Below are positions 40,578-50,792 of a DNA stretch of 64,000 bases, one piece after another. Each line of letters starts with the position of its first letter. Positions within the stretch are counted from its first letter, which is position 1. The position numbers and the translations under genes were made by a program. Below the pieces are notes generated by a model. It worked only from the letters and a program-made list of their open reading frames with translations, did no database searches and was not told the origin of the DNA. The DNA is from Nitrosopumilaceae archaeon. GTDB lineage: Archaea > Thermoproteota > Nitrososphaeria > Nitrososphaerales > Nitrosopumilaceae. The stretch lies in the NCBI GenBank assembly GCA_965214835.1, contig CBDCCK010000002.1, forward strand, positions 960,001 to 1,024,000, read 5' to 3'.

Positions 40578-41059
40578 TCGTAAAAGTCCACTAGGTCTAC
40601 AATGCCTTCTGACTCTGGGTCTGCGCCCGTTATCTTCCCGGACTCGGCGCTTACGTTCCACGTATAGTCTATGCTGCCCTTGCTTGACTCAAACGTAAAC
40701 GCAAGCTCGGCCGTACCCGCACCAATCTCGGAAACTGAGACCAGAACCCTTGCCGATTTGTCGTCCAGTATCCTGTCATCGGAGAACCTTTCCTTGATCT
40801 TCTCCTCTACTGCCTCCAGAACCGTCAGTCCCTCGTTGTTTGGGCCGCTGTACGACATGACCAGATCCAGCAGTGCCCCGTCCCTGCCGGACAGATCTTC
40901 TGGAAGCAACCCCTCAAGGCTGTTGCTGGTCAGCTGGGGCACGGCAAAAATCAGAAACAGGCCCGTTATTCCCAGGTAGATCGGAGCCCTCTTTTTGAGA
41001 AATGCTGCAAAGCTGTTCGGCTTGGGCCTTTCCTCCCGCTTCCTGTCCTTTCTGGCCAT
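40574..41059 (-). CDS. Membrane-anchored hypothetical protein
   Basis: Basic N-terminus and one TM helix; part of the minus-strand operon. Confidence 0.78.
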   Translation of the reverse strand: MARKDRKREERPKPNSFAAFLKKRAPIYLGITGLFLIFAVPQLTSNSLEGLLPEDLSGRDGALLDLVMSYSGPNNEGLTVLEAVEEKIKERFSDDRILDDKSARVLVSVSEIGAGTAELAFTFESSKGSIDYTWNVSAESGKITGADPESEGIVDLVDFYD

Positions 41060-41066
41060 CTGTACC

Positions 41067-41906
41067 CTATAATCCTGGCTTTGCAGTCGAAATTAAAACT
41101 TGCCAGGGAAACACGATCCGTCCGTTCCTACCGGTGTACGGTACGGTCTTTTCCCTGACCTGGCGCCTGATCTCCAGCTGATCCCGCCTTGAGAGCCCGC
41201 CCAGCTTCTCCCTTGCCTGCCTTGGGAGGTATCTTCTGTATTTCCTCCAGTAGTCATCAAACGTCCCGGGGCTGAACGAAAAGTCAAACTCCCTTACCGA
41301 CACCCCTCTAAACCCCGCCCTTGCAACCTCCCTTTTTAGCTCGGGGGCCGTTCCAAACCTGTCCAGCCTTGTAGAGCCGGTAGGCAGATAGTCCGGTATG
41401 TACCTGGTGATTACATCTATTATGCTTGAGTAATAGGGCGTGTTATTCCCGTGTACTGAGATCCCCAGGACTCCGTCTTTTTTCAGGCTTTTGGCCATGT
41501 TTTTGAGCGCCCTCTGCGAATTTGGAAAAAAGAACAGCGCATACTGGCAGGTTATGACGTCAAACCTTTCCTTGAAGCTGAACCTTTCGGCATCGCCGTT
41601 TACAAAGTCCACATTCCTTTTTCGGCGGCTCAGTCTTTTTGCAATCCTTATGGCTGCAGTCGAGGCATCGATTCCCACGACCAGCCCGCCGTCTCCCACC
41701 CTGTCGCCTATCTTCCCTGTAACCACGCCGGTCCCGCATGCGACATCGAGCACCATGTCGTCTTTTTTGATTCCTGACAGCTGGACAAGCTTGTCTGAGC
41801 TCCTCCAGGGCCCGGTGCTGGTGCCTGCCCACCTGCGGTGATACCTAGGGGCGATCTCATTCCAGGTTCTGATGTTCTGTCTTTTGTACTCGGTATGTCC
41901 TGGCAT
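41067..41906 (-). CDS. Class I SAM-dependent methyltransferase (UbiE-like)
   Basis: VLDVACGTG, GDAE and FDVITC; start reassigned to 41906. Confidence 0.9.
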   Translation of the reverse strand: MPGHTEYKRQNIRTWNEIAPRYHRRWAGTSTGPWRSSDKLVQLSGIKKDDMVLDVACGTGVVTGKIGDRVGDGGLVVGIDASTAAIRIAKRLSRRKRNVDFVNGDAERFSFKERFDVITCQYALFFFPNSQRALKNMAKSLKKDGVLGISVHGNNTPYYSSIIDVITRYIPDYLPTGSTRLDRFGTAPELKREVARAGFRGVSVREFDFSFSPGTFDDYWRKYRRYLPRQAREKLGGLSRRDQLEIRRQVREKTVPYTGRNGRIVFPWQVLISTAKPGL

Positions 41907-41908
41907 GA

Positions 41909-43147
41909 TCAGATTCTTTTTTCTATCTCCCTCCTGATTATTTTTGCGATTCTTTTTTTGTTTTTCCAGCCCGACGATACCGACTTTTCCCCGTCCACGA
42001 TCAAGACCTCGTTGCACGAGGGATTCTGCCTGTATTTTGGACTTCCAATGTCGTTTGCTATGATCATGTCTGCGCCGGACTCCCTCAGTCGAGCCCTGCC
42101 CCTCCTCTCCAGCTCCCCCCTGGAGATGTTCGTCTCTGCCTTGAATCCCACCAGGAACGCATCCTTCTGCCTCTGCCTGATCTGGTCTAGAATCTTGGGA
42201 ACCTGCTTGAGCCTTATCGAGATCTGCCTTTTGCCGCTTTTGATCTTGGTCCTGGATCGTTTTACCGGCGTATAGTCTGATGCGGCAGCTGCCATTATCA
42301 CGATATCATATCTCTTTGAAAGCTCCCTCCTGATTGCCAGACTCATCTCCCGCGTGGTCCTTACCGGAACCACCCTTGCGGCCCTCGGGGGGGACTCTGT
42401 GCCCGGGCCATAAACCATGGTTACATGCGCGCCTGCCGCAATCATCTCCGAGGCTAGGAGCACGCCTGTCCTGCCGCTGCTGAGGTTCGTGATCACCCTT
42501 GCCGGATCTATGTGCTCCACGGTCGGCCCCGCCGAGATCAGCACCCTCTTTTTGTAAAGCCTTGAGGAGAACCCGAACCTTCTCAGGACAAAGTCCAGCA
42601 CCTGCTCGGGTTCGGCGGCCTTTGCCTTTCCCTCGATAACCTGCGGATTGACAAAGTCAACCCTGTTTTTTAGAAAGGCCATGTTGCTCCTTATCGCGGG
42701 ATTCTCATACATTGACTCGTGCATTGCAAGGGATACTATAATCGGGATCTTGGAGCCGAGGCCCACCGTCAGCACCGTGGATACCGGGGTGTCATCTATC
42801 CCGTTTGCAAGCTTTCCAAGCGTGTTGGCAGTGGAGGGATACACGATTATCATGTCTGACTGCCCATAGTCTGCCAGCTTGATGTGCTCCAGATCCCCCG
42901 TCAGCTTTGTGACTGGCTTGTTGCCTGTGGCCCATCTGAAGTAGTCCGGCCGGATCAGCCTTGTTGCCGCGCTGCTGGCAACGCATGTCACGTCGGCACC
43001 GTGCCTCATCAGTAGCCTTGCCAGCTCGACTGACTTGTATGCCGCAACGCTTCCGGATATGCACAGGACAATCCTTTTGCCTGACAGCTCCACCCCGTTT
43101 GACTCTACGATATCCAGGGACGGGTGTTTATTCCTGTAATTTTTCAT
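41909..43147 (-). CDS. coaBC: Phosphopantothenoylcysteine decarboxylase/synthetase
   Basis: SGSVAAYK, PSTANT, AGPTVEHID and VGFKAET motifs. Confidence 0.95.
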   Translation of the reverse strand: MKNYRNKHPSLDIVESNGVELSGKRIVLCISGSVAAYKSVELARLLMRHGADVTCVASSAATRLIRPDYFRWATGNKPVTKLTGDLEHIKLADYGQSDMIIVYPSTANTLGKLANGIDDTPVSTVLTVGLGSKIPIIVSLAMHESMYENPAIRSNMAFLKNRVDFVNPQVIEGKAKAAEPEQVLDFVLRRFGFSSRLYKKRVLISAGPTVEHIDPARVITNLSSGRTGVLLASEMIAAGAHVTMVYGPGTESPPRAARVVPVRTTREMSLAIRRELSKRYDIVIMAAAASDYTPVKRSRTKIKSGKRQISIRLKQVPKILDQIRQRQKDAFLVGFKAETNISRGELERRGRARLRESGADMIIANDIGSPKYRQNPSCNEVLIVDGEKSVSSGWKNKKRIAKIIRREIEKRI

Positions 43148-43967
43148 CCAGCCTTCCCGACTCCGACTCGTCCATTGAAAACCAGTTTTCCTCCAGGGGG
43201 AACCGTCCGGACTTTATGTCGCCGACGTAGCTGCCCACCGATCTCGTGATCTCCTCTGACAGGTTGCTGTATTTTTTTACAAATTTCGGGCTTATTTTCT
43301 CATACATGCCAAGCAGGTCATGTGCGACAAGCACCTGCCCGTCACAGCCTGCCCCCGAGCCTATTCCTATCGTTGGAATCCTCAGCGAGTCCGAGATGGC
43401 CTTTGCGGCCTGGCGACTGACCATTTCCAGCGTTATGCCAAACGCCCCCGCCTCCTCTAGCGCCCTTGCGTCCTGAATCAGCTCCTGGGCCGACTCGGCG
43501 GTCTTTGCCCGAACCCTGTACCCGTCAGCCAGCATGGCCGTCTGTGGCTGCAGTCCGATGTGCCCCATTACCGGGATTCCGACCTCGACGATTGCCCTGA
43601 CCGTTGCTGCCATCTCAGAGCCCCCCTCAAGCTTTACGGCATCGCCTCCCGCCCTGATCAGCCTCCCCGAGTTTGCAATGGCATCTGAGATGCCTGCCTG
43701 GTAGGACATAAACGGCAGATCGGCCACTATGAGGGAGCTCCTTCTTGCGCGGCCCACTGCCCCGGTAAAGAGGCACATCTGCTCGACGGTGACGGGGATT
43801 GTACTGTCATAGCCCAGCATGACCATTCCGGCGCTGTCCCCGACCAGCATGATGTCAACGCCTGCCCTGTCGCAGAGGCATGCCATCGTATAGTCGTATG
43901 CCGTAATTGCCGAGACCTTTTCCCCGGACTCCTTCATCCGGACTATGTCGCCGACGGTCTTATGCAA
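43128..43967 (-). CDS. panB: Ketopantoate hydroxymethyltransferase
   Basis: TAYD, LVGDS, VKLEGG and GIGSG..CDGQVLV; TTG start inferred. Confidence 0.95.
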   Translation of the reverse strand: MHKTVGDIVRMKESGEKVSAITAYDYTMACLCDRAGVDIMLVGDSAGMVMLGYDSTIPVTVEQMCLFTGAVGRARRSSLIVADLPFMSYQAGISDAIANSGRLIRAGGDAVKLEGGSEMAATVRAIVEVGIPVMGHIGLQPQTAMLADGYRVRAKTAESAQELIQDARALEEAGAFGITLEMVSRQAAKAISDSLRIPTIGIGSGAGCDGQVLVAHDLLGMYEKISPKFVKKYSNLSEEITRSVGSYVGDIKSGRFPLEENWFSMDESESGRLDEKLQE

Positions 43968-44724
43968 TCCTTGCCCTCCTGGCCAGGTGGTCTTTGATCT
44001 CATCGATGCTGGCCCTTAGGTTCCTCTTGTTGTCAAAGCCGTCTAGGATCCTTTGGGCATGCCTCCGGTTTTTCTTCGATAGTCTCTTTGATTCGTTGAG
44101 AAGGGCGGCCATGCCCCTTGTCACGTTGTCTACTATTGTAATTGATGACTTCTGCGCGGTTCTGGAGAGCGGATTCAGATCAAATGTAATTACAGTCTTG
44201 CCCGCCCCGACTAGCGCCTCTGCCCTGTCCCCGTCCTCCAGTGGCACCAGGACAACGTCTGCCGAGTAGATTCCATCGGCATCCACGATTCTCCTGGCGC
44301 TGTCCAGGCCCGATAGCCTCACACCGTGTTTCTCCCTGTCGCCCAAGACCTGCCCCGCCCCCGCCTTCTTTAGCTCCCTGATGATTTTTTGCTTGCGGGC
44401 CTTGCTTGCATAGAAGATATTTACCTCGATTTTTGAGTCCGTTGCGCCTGCCAGTGACACGATCTCCCTTGGGCAGAGTGCCGCAAGGTTTCCATTGACT
44501 GAGATTACCGGGCTGTCTGCCAGTATCAGGCATGCAGCGGCCGCCTTGATGGCCGATCTGGCCGGCCTTGCAGTCTTTTCACCCATCAGATAGTCAAACG
44601 CCTCCCCCCTGCCGTGGGCCAGCAGGCCCTCCCTTGCAACCAGTCCCCTGTCAAAGCCTGAAACCAGCCTCTCCCTTACGAGCAATGACTGGGCCCTGGG
44701 ATGTGACTTTGGAATTGCCGTCAT
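43960..44724 (-). CDS. pps: 4-phosphopantoate--beta-alanine ligase
   Basis: IPKSHPR, AHGRGEAFDY, PLEDGDR and DLNPLSRTA motifs. Confidence 0.93.
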   Translation of the reverse strand: MTAIPKSHPRAQSLLVRERLVSGFDRGLVAREGLLAHGRGEAFDYLMGEKTARPARSAIKAAAACLILADSPVISVNGNLAALCPREIVSLAGATDSKIEVNIFYASKARKQKIIRELKKAGAGQVLGDREKHGVRLSGLDSARRIVDADGIYSADVVLVPLEDGDRAEALVGAGKTVITFDLNPLSRTAQKSSITIVDNVTRGMAALLNESKRLSKKNRRHAQRILDGFDNKRNLRASIDEIKDHLARRARIA

Positions 44725-44731
44725 GATACAG

Positions 44732-45628
44732 TCATCTGGTCAGTCTTGCACCGCACTGGTCTATTTCTGAGTTAATTATGATTGCATCCCTGTACCTTGC
44801 CGCAATGTCCAGCACCTCTTGCACCACACTGCTGGGAACCAGGGAAAAAACCGTCTCTCCAAACAGTGCTATTCCGCACTTGATTCCATTGGCCTGCAGG
44901 TCGTCTACGACCCTTTTCATCCTGGGGGTCACCACGTTGACATAGCTTGCAAACTCAAGCGACATGTCCTGGAACTGGCCCTGGTTTTTTGTCTCCATTA
45001 GCGTATCAACCATCCTTCCGCCAAGTCCGTTGATCTCCGATAGCCTGTCCCTGAGAAAGTCCGTGGTGGAGACTGGCGCAAAGCAGACCATGACGGCAGA
45101 TATATCTGATGACTCTATCTTTTCGACCCTCCCTATTCCCGGGGCGCCCGGTCTGATCCTGATTTCAAACCCGCCGTGGTATGAGGCCAGCACGTCGCCC
45201 AGTCCGGTCTTGCACAGTACCTCTGCTGCATGTGCAATCCTTCCAATCTCCTCCCTTGGAAGATGGGTTTGCAGTGCCTCGTCTAGTGCATATGCCAGCG
45301 AAAGGGCGACTGCCCCACTGCATCCCAACCCGTATCCTACGGGAACAGAAATCTCGTGTCTGACATCAATGAGGAGTCTATCCGGATTTAGTTTTTGAAA
45401 CTGCCTGATTACAAACTCGGAGACCCTCGTATCACCAACATCAAAGCCTTCTGTAGATATTTTATACTCCGGGGTGTCGCTTTGCCTGACAGACACCGTA
45501 GTCGTTACGCCGTTTTTGATCGAAAACCCCGCCCCCAGCGAGCCCGTATTTTCCAGACTCTGCGAGTCATCCATCTCTGCCTTGAAGAATCCTGTTACGT
45601 GTGCAGGGCAAAACGCCTGTCCCTCCAT
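44732..45628 (-). CDS. pok: Pantoate kinase (GHMP family)
   Basis: PAHVTGFF, PVGYGLGCSG and TGLGDV; lies in the CoA operon. Confidence 0.92.
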   Translation of the reverse strand: MEGQAFCPAHVTGFFKAEMDDSQSLENTGSLGAGFSIKNGVTTTVSVRQSDTPEYKISTEGFDVGDTRVSEFVIRQFQKLNPDRLLIDVRHEISVPVGYGLGCSGAVALSLAYALDEALQTHLPREEIGRIAHAAEVLCKTGLGDVLASYHGGFEIRIRPGAPGIGRVEKIESSDISAVMVCFAPVSTTDFLRDRLSEINGLGGRMVDTLMETKNQGQFQDMSLEFASYVNVVTPRMKRVVDDLQANGIKCGIALFGETVFSLVPSSVVQEVLDIAARYRDAIIINSEIDQCGARLTR

Positions 45629-45692
45629 GATCGGAATTTAAATTTTACAGAAGATATAAGAATATGGCTTAAATTAATTAAACTAGTATAAA

Positions 45693-46673
45693 TTGCCTAA
45701 ATTTGTCCGGCGGCTGCAAAAGATAGGAAACAGCATCCTAGTATCGCTTCCAAAGGAATGGATCGATGCCAACAGCCTTGAAAAGGGCAGTCAGGTGGAG
45801 CTTGAAACCGGACACAACAGCATCTCGATTACTGCCAGTAAGGAGTACCGTCCGGCAAAGGAGCTGGTGATTTCATATCCACTGCCGTCTGAGGAGAACA
45901 TCGTTGCCGACATTACCGGCGGCTACCTGCTTGGATATGATGCAATTACCATAAAGTCCGGAAAGTCAATCCCAAGCGAGGACAGGGAAAAGGTCCGTGA
46001 TTCCATGAGGAGGCTGGTTGGCATGGAGATCGTCGAGGAGTCTGCATCAAACATCCAGATGCAGTTCCTGTTGGATGCCAGCACCATAAGTCCGGACAAG
46101 ATTCTAAAGCGGATCAGCTCCATCGCACTGGGAATGTTCAACGACGTCCTGATGAGCCTGATATCTGCCGACAGATCCAACCTCTCCACCCTGCAGAACC
46201 GTGATCTCGAGGTAAACAGGCAGTACTTTCTCCTTGTAAGGCTGATTCGCAGCACCCTGGTCGACACAAGGCTTGCAAACACGTTCAACCTAGAGAACAT
46301 CGACATTCTTGACTATAGGATCGCCGCAAACCTGCTGGAAAACGGAGGCGATACGATCGTCGAGCTTGGCAGGGCTATACTGTCCACAAAAACCACCGGC
46401 AGGGAGCTGAAAAAGCTATATGGAGCGGCAAAGGATCTTGAGGACATCTGCAACAAATCCATTGACTCCTTTGTGAACCACGACAGGCCACTTGCAATAG
46501 AGGCCATAGCCTCGCACAGGCAGTATCAGGACTCCCTGTCGGCAATCCGCAGCTCGGAGGGCCAGGGGCAGCCCTCGATTGACCTTCTCGATCTTGTATA
46601 CATGTTTGAGCGCGTGGGAAAGTCCTGGGAGGATATAGTCGATCTTGTCAAGCCGATATATGCAGAGTCCTAG
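45693..46673 (+). CDS. AbrB-PhoU phosphate uptake regulator
   Basis: RRLQKIGNSILVSLPKEW followed by PhoU repeats. Confidence 0.9.
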   Translation: MPKFVRRLQKIGNSILVSLPKEWIDANSLEKGSQVELETGHNSISITASKEYRPAKELVISYPLPSEENIVADITGGYLLGYDAITIKSGKSIPSEDREKVRDSMRRLVGMEIVEESASNIQMQFLLDASTISPDKILKRISSIALGMFNDVLMSLISADRSNLSTLQNRDLEVNRQYFLLVRLIRSTLVDTRLANTFNLENIDILDYRIAANLLENGGDTIVELGRAILSTKTTGRELKKLYGAAKDLEDICNKSIDSFVNHDRPLAIEAIASHRQYQDSLSAIRSSEGQGQPSIDLLDLVYMFERVGKSWEDIVDLVKPIYAES

Positions 46674-47200
46674 TACAGCCTTTTCTTTGAGGCATACGTC
46701 ATGACCGCGCAGATGGTCTTGGAGTCCTGAATCCTGCCTGCCCTGATCATCTGCATGACCTTTTTGAGGCTGATCTTTTCCACCGACAGGATCTCGTCCT
46801 CATCCGGCCGCGGCCCCGAGACCCTTTTCAGGCCCGATGCAACATAGCAGTGGATTGCCTCGGTGCTGTATCCGATCGAGGGGTAAAACGTAATCAGGTG
46901 GGTCATCCTCCTGGCACTGTATCCCGTCTCCTCCTGCAGCTCCCTGAACGCGCATTCCCTTGGATCCTCTCCCTTCTCCAAGGTTCCGGCCGGAATCTCC
47001 AGCACGTATCCGTGGGGAAACCTGTGCTGCCTTACCATGATTAGCCTGCCGTCCTCTACTGCCAGCATGGCTGCGGCGCCCCTGTGCTCGATTATCTCCC
47101 GCCTTGCCTTCCTGCCCCCGATCTTCCCCTCGTAGATGCTCAGGCTCAGGATCTTCCCCTCGTATATCCCGGTTTTCTTCAATGATGCTCGAAGATTCAA
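46670..47200 (-). CDS. NUDIX hydrolase (ADP-ribose pyrophosphatase-like)
   Basis: Nudix box GTLEKGE...AFRELQEETGY; QDSKT. Confidence 0.92.
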   Translation of the reverse strand: MNLRASLKKTGIYEGKILSLSIYEGKIGGRKARREIIEHRGAAAMLAVEDGRLIMVRQHRFPHGYVLEIPAGTLEKGEDPRECAFRELQEETGYSARRMTHLITFYPSIGYSTEAIHCYVASGLKRVSGPRPDEDEILSVEKISLKKVMQMIRAGRIQDSKTICAVMTYASKKRLY

Positions 47201-47344
47201 TTGTTATCTAATATGCCTTGCGTGGGGTTGGGTGGTCAGAGTTTATCCCCTGCAGCCAAGTGAAATGTAAATGGGATTTGCTGTTTTTGTCTTGTTATTG
47301 AGGCGTCGTGCTTCCTGCCCAGTTTCTGTTTTTACTCGATTTTT

Positions 47345-47428
47345 GTGCGAGGTCACCCACCCCTGTCAACCAGGCACGAGTTGGCATGTATGACCGTGGT
47401 TTTCATGCCTGGCCAGCAAGGGGATGTA
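47345..47428. mobile_element. MITE family A, truncated by IS630
   Basis: Homologous to 52493-52586; the right TIR is replaced by an IS630 end at a TA. Confidence 0.75.
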
Positions 47429-48757
47429 GTCAACTCATAAAAAAGTGGATAGTTTTGACAATTGCTTTTGGCCCAAGGGTCTAGGATCAGGCAAACCGTA
47501 CGCGCATGCATGGAAAAACACAGAACTCGCGACATCAGGGGGCAGATTCCTGCCAGGCAAGGCACCCATGCCTTTGCAAGGCGTACCAGACCGGCAAAAG
47601 GTAACGCGGCAGTCCGCCGTTGCGGTCAACCCGCCAGGTATCGGAACATCCTTACCGGAAGGATCTCGCGCCTGGCAACAGCCTTCGCACGGACCGCTCC
47701 ATGCCATCAAGAGTATCGAATATCCCGGCAGACAGCCTTCGCTTTATCTTCCTGTACCGTATCTCGACGGGGTTGAGCTCTGGCGTGTACGGCAGTGTGT
47801 ACTCTAGCAGTGTTTCACCGTCGTACTTTTCCAGCGTCTCCCTTACGCCGGCGGACTTGTGGTATGACGCATTGTCCAGGAATATCAGCACCTTGCCGTA
47901 TCTTTCGTGCACCCCTTCTAAAAAGTCGCAAAAGCTGTAGGTGTTGGTCTTCTCATAGAACATAAAGTAAAACGTCGCAGCTGACAGCACGCCGAGCATG
48001 TACCGGCGCTGCCGTGACAGTGACAGGGGCGCCGTGGCACTCATACCGCGCCTGATCCACCCGTGTTTGGGACTGTTTGAGGTCTTTTGGACGGACTCGT
48101 CTTCTGCCAGCACCGTATACCCTTGTGCCGTCTTTTCCCTGATCAGCCTTTGCGCTGCCTCCTTGAACGCGTTTTGCTTGCGTTTTGAGGCAGCTTTTGG
48201 GTTTTTTGGCCTTGATGTCCTCCACGACAAGCCCAGCTCGCGTGCCAGCAGCCGCGTGCCGCTACTGCTGTACTGCACGCCGAACTTCTTTCTGATGTGC
48301 AGCCTCATCAGGCGCGAGTCCCACAGGCTGCCCTCAAAGCCGCAGTTCCCGGTGCCCGACTTGAGATCCGCGTAAAGCTGGCTCATCTGCGACTCGCTCA
48401 GCTTGTGCTTGCGTCCCCTGCCTGCGCGCTCGTGCCTTGTGTATATTCCCTCCTCCTGTGCGCGGTTGAGCCACCGGGATATGGTGGAAGTTGGCCCGGT
48501 CGAGGCTCTTTGCTATCTGTTCCGTACCGAGGCCGTCCTTGCGTTGCATGTATGCAAGCAGCCTGTTGCGCTTTCTCTTGTCGGTCTTCTTGTACGCCTT
48601 GAGGAGGTAGGAGCGTGACGTGTTTGGCAGGAACTTGCCCCCAGATGCAACGAATTGCTTTTTCTGTGTGTTCATGCATATGCGTGTGGCCTGCCTGATC
48701 TTAGTCTTTGGATCAAAAACAACTGTCAAAATTGTCCGTTTTTTTATGTGTTGACTA
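47427..48757 (-). mobile_element. IS630-family element, second type, with frameshifted transposase
   Basis: Ends TAGTCAAC(T/A)CATAAAAAA; EDES, LDNASYH and YTPELNPVE motifs in 47652-48386; N-terminus in other frames. Confidence 0.85.
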
Positions 48758-48806
48758 CGGTCCCCTTTCTCCAGCTTGATCTGTTTGGTTTCTTCAGACT
48801 TGCTGT

Positions 48807-50060
48807 TTATGGCGCATTTTGCTTGGCTGCAAAAACCATGTTGACGTCCCCCGTTGTATGATAGTATACATCCCTGCCGGTTGACTCCTCCCTGGCTATC
48901 AATCCCCGTGAAAGCAGCTTTTTAGTCAGATGGTTAAAATTCTGAGCAGATGGCTTGCCAAACTGCTTGTAGCTCTTGTTTTGAAACCTGCCCTTTTTAG
49001 CCATCCGTTCCAGCGTCTCTCTGTCCGAGCTTGAAAGATTGATGGCCTCAATTTTTTCACTGGCCATGAAGGACAGCATCTCGATGGCTGTTTTCTCTGG
49101 AATTGTCTTCTCGGAGGGAAATTTTGCATGAAACTTGAGTATGAGATCGCCGCATCTCTTTAGTATGTATCTTGCCTCCCCCTTTGAGACATCATAAAGA
49201 ATGTCTATTACTTTTTCCGGAATGGGAGGCTTTATCTTATTTTTTGAAAGGCTCTTGATTCGTAGTTCTATCATTTCGTGTATCTCTTTTTTTGATAATG
49301 GGCTTAGCTTGACTGGACTTCCAGTTATCATTTCACTTACTCTGCTTGCCTTTCCTTCCAGCAATGAAAATAGGTTTGGCTTGCCAACAAGCACCCACCA
49401 CACTCCGTTGAATCCAGTCAGGGTATCCCTTACCTTGTTTAAAAAATCCACGATATCTGCATCGTCGACAATATCCAGGTTGTTGATTGGAACGACGATG
49501 GCAGAGTAATTCAGCTTGTTTGTGACAAGACTCACCCACTTGCTCATGACCGGAATAATGGATGAGAGGACAACGGCGGTCGGCGCCGTTGTGGCTTTTT
49601 GTCTGCCTATTCCCCCACCTGTCCCGAGAACCTGTATGCTGCCACTCCAGCTGGACTGGATTGTTTGGCTCAACAGCATCTTTGCCTCTCCATGTACTGA
49701 AAACTTGCCCAGTCTTTTTGTCCTGTCATACTTTTCAAGGCTGTGAAACATGTTTGAAAAAACCGAAAGAACAAACTGGACAACGTCCATGTTGCCATCC
49801 AGCTCTATTTTGTCACAGGGAAGATAGCTGTCTGATTTGAGCTTGTCATACAGGCAGATGTTTACAAAGCTCGTCTTGCCTACCCCGACTCCGCCTTCGA
49901 CTATCACCATGCCGCCCCTTGTACTGCTTAGTAGGATGTTAAACTCGTCAAGTGTTTCTGCACGGCCTACGAACAGTTTTCTGTCGCGTGCATCAATTGA
50001 AAGCGGTCTTGGATCATATGGGTTGCCATCCAGCCCAAGATCTGCCCAAATGTTGCCCAT
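48807..50060 (-). CDS. P-loop AAA+/STAND-like ATPase with C-terminal wHTH
   Basis: NPY..PL..LFVGR, GGVGVGKT, SKGEAR and wHTH-like tail; atypical Walker B (INN). Confidence 0.8.
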   Translation of the reverse strand: MGNIWADLGLDGNPYDPRPLSIDARDRKLFVGRAETLDEFNILLSSTRGGMVIVEGGVGVGKTSFVNICLYDKLKSDSYLPCDKIELDGNMDVVQFVLSVFSNMFHSLEKYDRTKRLGKFSVHGEAKMLLSQTIQSSWSGSIQVLGTGGGIGRQKATTAPTAVVLSSIIPVMSKWVSLVTNKLNYSAIVVPINNLDIVDDADIVDFLNKVRDTLTGFNGVWWVLVGKPNLFSLLEGKASRVSEMITGSPVKLSPLSKKEIHEMIELRIKSLSKNKIKPPIPEKVIDILYDVSKGEARYILKRCGDLILKFHAKFPSEKTIPEKTAIEMLSFMASEKIEAINLSSSDRETLERMAKKGRFQNKSYKQFGKPSAQNFNHLTKKLLSRGLIAREESTGRDVYYHTTGDVNMVFAAKQNAP

Positions 50061-50792
50061 CTTGTGTATTAGGGTACGCCTAGTTTATAAAAATTATTTT
50101 TTTATAAAAAAATTCCTTGATTTTTGTTTTTATAATATACGTAGTTGATCGGGGCCGGCTTTTGGTGAGCCCGTCTCCTCGGCCAAGGCGGGCGGTATGC
50201 CGGGCCGCCCAGTTGACGATCCCGCAAAATACGCGAATGCAAAAACCCAGAGGGCCAAGCAGCTCCACACGATATCCTACTAGGAGATTCCAGAATATGT
50301 AAACGGACAGAGTCAGATCCGCTCTCCATGACGCGATGTTGGAGTGGGACAGGACCAACGACGATGTTGGCTTTGAGATCGTCGATTCTGACGGCGATCT
50401 TAGCATACGCTGGAAACGCTGGATGGCAGGCACCATACTGGGGCAACACTCCCATACTGTACCCGCGGGAGACGGTGATCCTGCCATGCACCAAACAGCT
50501 ATACGGCTACTTTTTTTAAACCTAGAATCCTATGACTCCTCATGAATGAAGGACACCTGCTCATAGTTGCAGAAGAAGACGATGCCAACTTTCAGGTGCT
50601 ACAGTGCAGCGGGTTTGACAAGAGCACTATTCACCGCTTGGGCAGCATGCCATGCATGGTACGCCTGCGACTGCATCGATCATCTGTGCAGGAGCTCAGC
50701 ACGTTTGAGAGGCTGACGGACATGCCCGGACTGCAGGAGCTGTGCAATCTGGTAACAAAAATAAGGGCATGCTATGTCCCCCGACGAAGGCC

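Noticed and set aside
50190-50790. Short ORFs upstream of IS630 copy 2
   Set aside because: They are fragmented with stop codons and have no recognisable motif; probably remnants and not callable.
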